64,000 nt of DNA from IMG/VR virus record IMGVR_UViG_3300042485_001041, positions 17,219 through 81,218 of that record. One strand, written 5' to 3'. Of this stretch, positions 35,287-41,884 are shown one piece after another. The notes beneath the pieces are model-generated. The model was not told the DNA's origin, ran no database searches, and saw only the letters and a program-made list of their open reading frames with translations. The position numbers and the translations under genes are program-made. Within the stretch, counting starts at the first letter, position 1; each line of letters begins with the position of its first letter. The DNA comes from a virus.

Positions 35287-35423
35287 GAGACTTTTCAAAA
35301 CTACCAATCATCGTTGTAGATGATGACTTCTTTGAGTATGTAGCAGAGATGGGTCATAGCGACGAAATTACTTATGAGGATTATGTACTGCTCTGTCAAG
35401 AGTGGTTAGCAGATAACACGTGA
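35283..35423 (+). CDS. Small acidic protein (start MRDFS)
   Basis: ATGA overlap; RBS GGGAG. Confidence 0.55.
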   Translation: MRDFSKLPIIVVDDDFFEYVAEMGHSDEITYEDYVLLCQEWLADNT

Positions 35424-35427
35424 GCCG

Positions 35428-35640
35428 ATGATGTGGTCATGGGTATTAGCGGCAATCGGCGTTACAGGTATCTTTCTTGTAGGTCGAAAAACTATATGGG
35501 GTTGGTTAGTCTTATTCCTTAACGAAGTTCTTTGGACTATCTATGCCGTAACCACAGAGCAGTACGGCTTTATCTTTGCCGCTATCGCATACGGAATTGT
35601 TTATGTTAGATCATTTCTACATTGGAGAAGCACCGAGTGA
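35428..35640 (+). CDS. Small 3-TM membrane protein (PnuC-fragment-like)
   Basis: WSWVLAAIG...WGW...NE.LW..YA. Confidence 0.65.
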   Translation: MMWSWVLAAIGVTGIFLVGRKTIWGWLVLFLNEVLWTIYAVTTEQYGFIFAAIAYGIVYVRSFLHWRSTE

Positions 35641-36191
35641 GTCATATAGTAGAACTGGCTAAAGAAGAAGTTCGTGCCTGCGCTGATATCGCCCTAAACC
35701 GATGGATGATGAAGTGGGGATCAATAGATCGCCCTAACTACGCAGGCGATAACAAGAAGAACATGGAGCCTGAAATTGCGGCCAATGTTCGAAGCATCGT
35801 TGCTGAGTACGCCGTAGCCAAGTTATACAAGAAGGCATTCACCTTTCCCTTCTATACAAATGAAGAGCACCACTTCCGTAAAGACATCGCAGATGTTGGC
35901 CAGAACATTGAGGTCAAGAGCATCCGCACAAGAGATGAGATACCTGTCTTTCCTAAAGACCTACGAGATGACTGGATACTAGTTGGGGCCTTCGTGACCG
36001 ACCGTGATTACTACTCAACCGTCAAGGTATATGGCTGGATGCACATGTCAGATGTACCTGAGAAAGCCAAATGGTCTGTAGAGCGCGATTACAATGGAAA
36101 AATTTTGCGCGAGTGTTGGCGGGTTCCAGAAGAAGCCTTTGAACAGGGTTTGTTAATCCCTACAAATTCAGGAGTTAGCCTTACAATTTAA
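35637..36191 (+). CDS. Hypothetical protein, possible PD-(D/E)xK fold
   Basis: AEYAVA...DV...IEVKS. Confidence 0.55.
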   Translation: MSHIVELAKEEVRACADIALNRWMMKWGSIDRPNYAGDNKKNMEPEIAANVRSIVAEYAVAKLYKKAFTFPFYTNEEHHFRKDIADVGQNIEVKSIRTRDEIPVFPKDLRDDWILVGAFVTDRDYYSTVKVYGWMHMSDVPEKAKWSVERDYNGKILRECWRVPEEAFEQGLLIPTNSGVSLTI

Positions 36192-36194
36192 GGC

Positions 36195-36698
36195 ATGATG
36201 AAGCGCCCACCTAAAGATTTAGGTCAAGCATTGAAGGCTGGCTATCAGCCTATGTTTATGACTGGTGGCGAAGTTAAGAAGCACTTTGCTCCTTATAAGC
36301 AAGATCGTCAATACAAACCAGGCGGAGTCAAAGAAACTGATCAAGAGTTGTGGGATCGCAAGTTAACTGAATCAAAACAAACTGGTGAACAAAGATATGG
36401 CAAAGATGCTTTTGAAAGAGATAGCCGAGGTGCATGGCGCAGTTTGTCTGGCCCTGATTTAGTTCGTCGAGGAATTGGTGCAAAGACTTCTCTAGAGTCA
36501 GTTGCTCAGAGTAAAGGCATGCCTGGTGGCGCACTTCACTTACAAGATAACAATTTAGGTTCTCCATCTGGAAAACCACAGGTACTAGGTGGCCATCACC
36601 GTGTCGCCTTATCTGCCGCACAATTTCCAGAACATTTATTTCCAATTAAATATGCGCCACACATCGATGCCGCTAGAAGCGAACCAGGTTACCGATGA
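36195..36698 (+). CDS. ParB/Srx-like protein
   Basis: PMFMTG...VLGGHHRVA...HLFPI; closest to 11773-12225. Confidence 0.68.
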   Translation: MMKRPPKDLGQALKAGYQPMFMTGGEVKKHFAPYKQDRQYKPGGVKETDQELWDRKLTESKQTGEQRYGKDAFERDSRGAWRSLSGPDLVRRGIGAKTSLESVAQSKGMPGGALHLQDNNLGSPSGKPQVLGGHHRVALSAAQFPEHLFPIKYAPHIDAARSEPGYR

Positions 36699-36976
36699 AA
36701 GAATACTCACTAGGCGGATTTGCGGGAAAGATCTCCGAAAAGGTTAGCCCATACACAAAAACACGAGTAAGTGTCTATCACTCAGAGCAAGCAGGCTTTG
36801 ATCACTCAGATGGTCAGCGTTATACAACAATCTGCGAAGATCACGGCAACCTTGTCTCCACTCGCTCACAAGGTGCGGCAAAGTCTGCAGCGGTTAACCC
36901 AATTGACTGGTGTGAAGATTGTCAAGAAAAAGGTAAGACACTAACTGATCACTTCAACGATGGAGCGGCTAAGTAA
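36695..36976 (+). CDS. Hypothetical Zn-binding protein
   Basis: CEDHG...WCEDC. Confidence 0.65.
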   Translation: MKEYSLGGFAGKISEKVSPYTKTRVSVYHSEQAGFDHSDGQRYTTICEDHGNLVSTRSQGAAKSAAVNPIDWCEDCQEKGKTLTDHFNDGAAK

Positions 36977-37347
36977 TGAGCGCATCAGACCACTTAAACC
37001 CTAGTCAGTTTAATACTTACTACCATGCTACTGATGAGCACTCGGCAGAGTCTATTAAAAAAACAGGTCTTCGCAACGGCACCTACATGACTCCTCATCT
37101 AGATGTCGCTAATGATTATGGGACTCACATATTCAAAGTACATGTGCCAAAGAGCCATACCTTTGCAAGCAGTCCAGATCATTATTACGAGAGTGACTTC
37201 ATTCCTAGAGAACACCAAGGCTATGTAACTGAAGAGCACCCTAATTCAGCAGACCGTGTGCACATGGAATCTAGCAAGTTAAAAATAGAAGGCCCAAAGA
37301 GTATGGAAGAGTGGCTCGGTAACAAAAGTGGAAACTGGCGTGCATGA
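36976..37347 (+). CDS. H-Y-type ADP-ribosyltransferase-fold protein, leader variant
   Basis: MSASDHLNPSQF; YHAT....SIKKTGL...YMT....A..YG. Confidence 0.6.
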   Translation: MSASDHLNPSQFNTYYHATDEHSAESIKKTGLRNGTYMTPHLDVANDYGTHIFKVHVPKSHTFASSPDHYYESDFIPREHQGYVTEEHPNSADRVHMESSKLKIEGPKSMEEWLGNKSGNWRA

Positions 37348-37556
37348 GCCGTAAAGATAACTTTGAAGCAGCACATGTTGCTGCTCGTGAGATTGCTCCA
37401 GGTGACTACCTTGATGCATCAATGAAGTTACGTGTACATGCAGCCAAAATGATTGGCAATGACTTTGTTGTAGCCCATAAGTTACGTGGCTCTAAGGCAC
37501 CTGGCGTATCTATGTATAAGCCAGATGAGAAAGTTAGAGTGTGGCGTAAGAAATGA
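37344..37556 (+). CDS. Hypothetical protein
   Basis: ATGA coupling. Confidence 0.6.
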   Translation: MSRKDNFEAAHVAAREIAPGDYLDASMKLRVHAAKMIGNDFVVAHKLRGSKAPGVSMYKPDEKVRVWRKK

Positions 37557-37879
37557 GCGCTGAAGATAATCTTTCGTATGAACAACTTGCTATGTTCATG
37601 ACTCCTAAAGAAATTAAATCTAAATATGATGTTTCTGAGGGCGAGTACTCCGATGACGAACATGAGCCTAATCAGTTATACGCACGTAAGCGTCGTGAGG
37701 CTAAGAAAAGCGGTTTGTTTAAGAAAATAAGAAAAGAAGGCGTTCAAATTCCAGTTCAACTTTCTTCAGCAGATAAAACTATTGCAGATGGACATCACAG
37801 AGTTGCATCAGAACGAGACAACCGCTTAATGCCAGTAGAGCATTTAGAGCCTGAAGAGATCTGGTGGCGGAATAGATGA
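37553..37879 (+). CDS. ParB/Srx-like protein, NLS leader
   Basis: IRKEGVQIPV...IADGHHRVA...MPV. Confidence 0.72.
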   Translation: MSAEDNLSYEQLAMFMTPKEIKSKYDVSEGEYSDDEHEPNQLYARKRREAKKSGLFKKIRKEGVQIPVQLSSADKTIADGHHRVASERDNRLMPVEHLEPEEIWWRNR

Positions 37880-38001
37880 ACAACATATCCGCTACGCAAT
37901 TTGGCGCTCAAATAATGCCAAAAGAAACGTATGTCAATGTAGCGATGCAGATGACGCCTCCATCAGAGGCCTCTAACACAGCAAGTAGTACAAAAGCATG
38001 A
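37876..38001 (+). CDS. 41-aa peptide with NISxxQF leader (not in ORF track)
   Basis: Own translation MNNISATQFGAQIMPKE...; ATGA coupling. Confidence 0.55.
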   Translation: MNNISATQFGAQIMPKETYVNVAMQMTPPSEASNTASSTKA

Positions 38002-38102
38002 CTAAACAAATCTTTGATTTAACCTGTAAACTATGTAACCATAATATGTATTTAGGTGTCTGCATTGTGGATACCTGTAAATGTATTTGCCAACCAAAAT
38101 AA
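37998..38102 (+). CDS. 34-aa Cys-rich peptide (not in ORF track)
   Basis: MTKQIFDLTCKLCNH...C...CKCIC. Confidence 0.45.
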   Translation: MTKQIFDLTCKLCNHNMYLGVCIVDTCKCICQPK

Positions 38103-38122
38103 CTAAAGAAAGAAGAAACTAA

Positions 38123-38437
38123 ATGGCTGAGTATCACGAAGACCCACAGTACCTGGCACGTGAGAACGACTACATGTCAGTACACCCTGTAGGTAACGCA
38201 AAAGTGGGTAAAGGAATGAGTGATAGGCACCCATCAGCCATCCACCAACATTTAGCAAATGATTACGGTGGAGCCCGAACTGCTAATCACGTTCGTGGAG
38301 ATATACGTCATGGACTTACAATGCTAAAGGAAAGCGGAGTCACTACACATGGCGGTATGCTAACTGCAGAAGATATGGGACACAGTGCTCGTGCTCACCT
38401 ATACTTGGAAGCACAATCTAAACTTAAAGGTAACTAA
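38123..38437 (+). CDS. His-rich hypothetical protein
   Basis: Intact ORF, purine-rich leader. Confidence 0.6.
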   Translation: MAEYHEDPQYLARENDYMSVHPVGNAKVGKGMSDRHPSAIHQHLANDYGGARTANHVRGDIRHGLTMLKESGVTTHGGMLTAEDMGHSARAHLYLEAQSKLKGN

Positions 38438-38457
38438 TACTAAGAAAGGTAAAACAC

Positions 38458-39201
38458 ATGGCCGATAAAGGAACAGCAGCAGCAATCATTGAAATTGCTA
38501 AGAAGGAAGTGGGCACTATTGAGGGCCCTAAAGATAACCAGACAAAATATGGCGCATTTACAAAAGCCAACTTTCTTCCATGGTGCGGAAGTTTCGTTAA
38601 CTGGTGTGCTAACCAAGCAGGCGTAAAGGTACCTAACACTGTCTCTACCGTGTCAGGCGCTGCCGCATTTAAGAAGATGAAGACTTGGTTTGAGGCTGAC
38701 TGCGGTCAATCTCCACAACCTGGCGATATCCTGTATTTTGATTTCCCAGGAGACGGCGTCGATAGAATTTCTCACGTAGGTATCTGCTCAGGTATTGACT
38801 CAGATGGCGTTGTGACCGCTATCGAGGGCAATACATCTTCTAGCAAAAAGGGAAGCCAAAGAAATGGCGGAGAAGTCTGCATCCAGACTCGTGCCTACAA
38901 AGCAAACAAAAAGAAGATTTCAGTCTCAATCGTAGGTTGGGGCCGTCCTAACTACGTTGGCAACGAAGTCGAAGCCGAGATTCCAGCATCTGATACCCCA
39001 GCCTTCCCAGGCAAGATTAAGCCAGGGGATACAGGCGAAGGCGTAAAGATTGTTCAGAAGGCTCTAGGCCTAAAGGCTGATGGAGAATACGGCGCAGCGA
39101 CAAAAGCCGCAGTTGCCGCATTTCAGGACAATCACGACATGTTGGACTCAAATGGCGTTGTTGGCCCTAAAACTTGGGCACAATTGATCAAATTCCTCTA
39201 A
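38458..39201 (+). CDS. Endolysin: CHAP amidase plus peptidoglycan-binding domain
   Basis: PWCGSFV, PGDI, SHVGI, IEGN; C-terminal VQKALG...DG..G..T...FQ...GVVGPKTW. Confidence 0.92.
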   Translation: MADKGTAAAIIEIAKKEVGTIEGPKDNQTKYGAFTKANFLPWCGSFVNWCANQAGVKVPNTVSTVSGAAAFKKMKTWFEADCGQSPQPGDILYFDFPGDGVDRISHVGICSGIDSDGVVTAIEGNTSSSKKGSQRNGGEVCIQTRAYKANKKKISVSIVGWGRPNYVGNEVEAEIPASDTPAFPGKIKPGDTGEGVKIVQKALGLKADGEYGAATKAAVAAFQDNHDMLDSNGVVGPKTWAQLIKFL

Positions 39202-39248
39202 TTTAGAGATAGAACTCTCTAGGGGCAGTTAATGCTATCCTTGGAGAC

Positions 39249-39797
39249 ATGACAACTATTGTAGGAGTGCAATATAAGGACCGCTGTGTTCTGGCGGCCG
39301 ATAACCAGGTAACTGGTGACGGCGGTCGTAGATACAACCATCCAGAGATGAAGAAGATCTCTCAACGTGGTGCGTTCTTAATCGCAGGTAGTGGTGAAGT
39401 AATGCCTTGCGATGTTGTCCAGCATATGTGGGTTCCGCCAAAACTTACGGCAAAAGATGGCGAAGACATTTACCACTTCATGATTACCAAAGCAATGCCT
39501 TCTCTCAGAAAATGCTTAACTGATAACGGTTATGACTTCAATGAGGGTAAGGGAGATGGAAAAGCGGAAGAAAACCGCTTTAGTTTCATCCTTGCTGTTG
39601 GTGGAGAACTATTTGATGTAGCCGATGATCTATCAGTCATTCGGTCAGGAGATGGGATCTACGGAGTAGGTTCTGGGTCTTCTTATGCAGTTGGTGCGTT
39701 ACACGCTGGAGCAAAGCCCTCTGAGGCTATTGAGATTGCCTCAAGGCTAGATGTCAATACTTCTGGGCCAATTCAGGTAGTGGAGCAACTTAAGTAA
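39249..39797 (+). CDS. HslV/proteasome-beta-like Ntn peptidase
   Basis: N-terminal MTTI, LAAD, K, GSGS..A.GAL, D.NT. Confidence 0.85.
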   Translation: MTTIVGVQYKDRCVLAADNQVTGDGGRRYNHPEMKKISQRGAFLIAGSGEVMPCDVVQHMWVPPKLTAKDGEDIYHFMITKAMPSLRKCLTDNGYDFNEGKGDGKAEENRFSFILAVGGELFDVADDLSVIRSGDGIYGVGSGSSYAVGALHAGAKPSEAIEIASRLDVNTSGPIQVVEQLK

Positions 39798-39828
39798 CTC
39801 TTTGTGTCACATATCACAGGTGATCTAA

Positions 39829-39844
39829 GTTACTCTAAAGTAAC
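39829..39844. promoter_or_regulatory. Additional GTTACT-N4-AGTAAC palindrome
   Basis: GTTACTCTAAAGTAAC in an intergenic gap. Confidence 0.55.
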
Positions 39845-39902
39845 AACTTCATAAGAGGCTCCTGGGTATGAGCACGCAAAAACTACCCCTATACTTCTCC
39901 TT

Positions 39903-40166
39903 ATGTCTAAAACACAAGATAAGCGTTTACAGAAGAAACAAGACCATGCGGAATTCCTTTGGAAGGACGCCCAATTAAAAGCGGCACTGGCTAAGACAGA
40001 GTTAGATCTAGCCGTAGAAACATTTAAGGATTTAAATAAAGAAATGACAACAGAACAGATATCAGCAACCCAAGAACAAGTAGAGATACAATACAAACGC
40101 ATTGAGCAGTACCTAATGTCAGAAAAAGAACTCTATTTAGAACGTATGGGAATCCAACTAGATTGA
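39903..40166 (+). CDS. Coiled-coil hypothetical protein
   Basis: TATACT 7 nt before ATG. Confidence 0.65.
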   Translation: MSKTQDKRLQKKQDHAEFLWKDAQLKAALAKTELDLAVETFKDLNKEMTTEQISATQEQVEIQYKRIEQYLMSEKELYLERMGIQLD

Positions 40167-40200
40167 TAATAGGTACAACTGAGGGGGAATCGAGAACGGT

Positions 40201-40554
40201 ATGAGGAACTTAATGAAGAGTTTAAACAATGTATTAATGCGCATTGTCGCAGTTTTTGCAGCAAGTGGTCTTAGTGTTATTGGTGCTGGTGCAATCGCTG
40301 GCATCTCAACTGTTAAGGCAATTACAGTTGCAGGACTAACAGCAGTAGCAGCAGTTATCGAAAAGTTGGCTCGTGCTTTTATGGACGATGGAAAACTAAC
40401 TCTAGACGAAATCAACGCCGCGTTTTCAACCGTTGATAAGGGTGCAAAGACTGTGGCAGATGTAGAAGTAGAAGATCGTCAAGCAAAGACTAAAACTAAA
40501 GCAGCAGGTCTTATTTCAGTTCCTGCTAAAGAAGACGACCCTAACTACAACTAA
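40201..40554 (+). CDS. Holin-like membrane protein
   Basis: Two TM helices, charged C-tail, near the endolysin. Confidence 0.6.
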   Translation: MRNLMKSLNNVLMRIVAVFAASGLSVIGAGAIAGISTVKAITVAGLTAVAAVIEKLARAFMDDGKLTLDEINAAFSTVDKGAKTVADVEVEDRQAKTKTKAAGLISVPAKEDDPNYN

Positions 40555-40733
40555 CCTCTGCTATCTGTAGAGTAAAAGCCGCCGCCTCTAAAGGCTAGGC
40601 CAAATTGAGAGTAAACACGTTGAAGAGCGTAGCCACACTTGTCGCAGACATAATTAGGTTCTGCATCATGGATGCTACGCTCTTTTTCGTAATCTAAATC
40701 GCACTCAATACATGCGTACTCGTATTTAGGCAT
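40551..40733 (-). CDS. FmdB-family zinc ribbon protein
   Basis: MPKYEYAC..C...C..CG...RVYS...F.G.GFY.TD. Confidence 0.85.
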   Translation of the reverse strand: MPKYEYACIECDLDYEKERSIHDAEPNYVCDKCGYALQRVYSQFGLAFRGGGFYSTDSRG

Positions 40734-40741
40734 GTGTCTTG

Positions 40742-40852
40742 TCAATCATTTGTTTTCTCCAATTTATGCTTGTGCTCACAATATCGTGCCAGACTTGCAA
40801 CTACAAATATCTTACGGCAGTATGAGCAAGTAAACCTTTTTAGGTCATCCAC
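40742..40852 (-). CDS. 36-aa C2H2-like peptide
   Basis: CSYC...CEHKH; GTG start. Confidence 0.5.
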   Translation of the reverse strand: MDDLKRFTCSYCRKIFVVASLARYCEHKHKLEKTND

Positions 40853-40901
40853 TCCACCATTATGTCCGTACACCGAGAGATAAAAGGGGCAAAATAGAGA
40901 C

Positions 40902-41066
40902 ATGTTATCTGAGCCACAATTTAAGGAAAAGGCTAGTATCGAACTAAACGGTGCGATGCCTATGGACTCTAAGTTTGATGGCCCTTCATCTCCTAAAGCA
41001 AACAAACAAGATGGAGTGATGGTAGCGAATAAAGACCTGATGCTTGCTAAGCCAGGGTTCTTTTAA
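40902..41066 (+). CDS. 54-aa peptide with LSxxQF leader (not in ORF track)
   Basis: Own translation MLSEPQFKEKASIE...; TAATG coupling to next gene. Confidence 0.55.
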   Translation: MLSEPQFKEKASIELNGAMPMDSKFDGPSSPKANKQDGVMVANKDLMLAKPGFF

Positions 41067-41266
41067 TGACTAACATCGTCGATGCTAGAGAGCCAATAAC
41101 TCTTTCAGATCGATGCGATACCTGCGGTGCTGGTGCGATGGTTCGTGCAACGATGTTAACTGGTGAGTTGTATTTTTGTGGGCACCATGCTCGCAAACTT
41201 GGAACTAGTTTAGTTTTACAGGCTGTTGACGTGTATGACCCAGAAGGAGCGTTTAACTTTGGATAG
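41066..41266 (+). CDS. Small actinobacterial-type Zn-binding protein
   Basis: DRCDTCGA...L.FCGHHA. Confidence 0.75.
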   Translation: MTNIVDAREPITLSDRCDTCGAGAMVRATMLTGELYFCGHHARKLGTSLVLQAVDVYDPEGAFNFG

Positions 41267-41636
41267 ATACGAAACTGGTAAAGGACTGATGGGTGGGCCT
41301 GGTGGGACTTACGGTCGATACTCTGTAGGCCCTGCTGTATCAGCGGAAGGAAAAAGAATGCGCAATTTATCAACTCAGTTTGATACTGCTGAAGATATTG
41401 AAGAGAGACAACGGAAACGCTTTGGCCGTAGACGTGAGTCAGGTTATACTGGCGCAGGATTCTGGTTCTTTAATTATCCAAATATGATTGGTTCAGTTGG
41501 TTCAGGAACAGACCCGCGTGATACTGGAAGAGGCCAAGACCAAACAGTGAGCGGCAACGGTGATGTTGCTTCAGCAACTGATGGAACTGGAATGGGCGGC
41601 ACTGCTGCAGGTTTTGTTGGAGGATTAGGTTCATGA
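41259..41636 (+). CDS. Gly-rich hypothetical protein (TTG start inferred)
   Basis: RBS AAGGAG; internal MRNLSTQF. Confidence 0.6.
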   Translation: MDRYETGKGLMGGPGGTYGRYSVGPAVSAEGKRMRNLSTQFDTAEDIEERQRKRFGRRRESGYTGAGFWFFNYPNMIGSVGSGTDPRDTGRGQDQTVSGNGDVASATDGTGMGGTAAGFVGGLGS

Positions 41637-41848
41637 GTAATCAACTTAATCGTAAAACATTAATGGTTAATCAACGTAGCGGTATTAAACAACATTTTAA
41701 TTACACACCTGATTTTTCGGCTAAATCAGTTGCAGAACCATCAATTATATCTTGGGCTCATAGAGGACGTGGAGTACAGGGAGAATCTGTTAACTCAACA
41801 AACAATGCGGCCAAGTTAATCGTTAATAAGAATTGGAAACCGCTATAA
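41633..41848 (+). CDS. Hypothetical protein
   Basis: ATGA coupling. Confidence 0.6.
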   Translation: MSNQLNRKTLMVNQRSGIKQHFNYTPDFSAKSVAEPSIISWAHRGRGVQGESVNSTNNAAKLIVNKNWKPL

Positions 41849-41884
41849 TCCCGTAGAGGGCATTTAGTATTCCGAGGGGAATCC

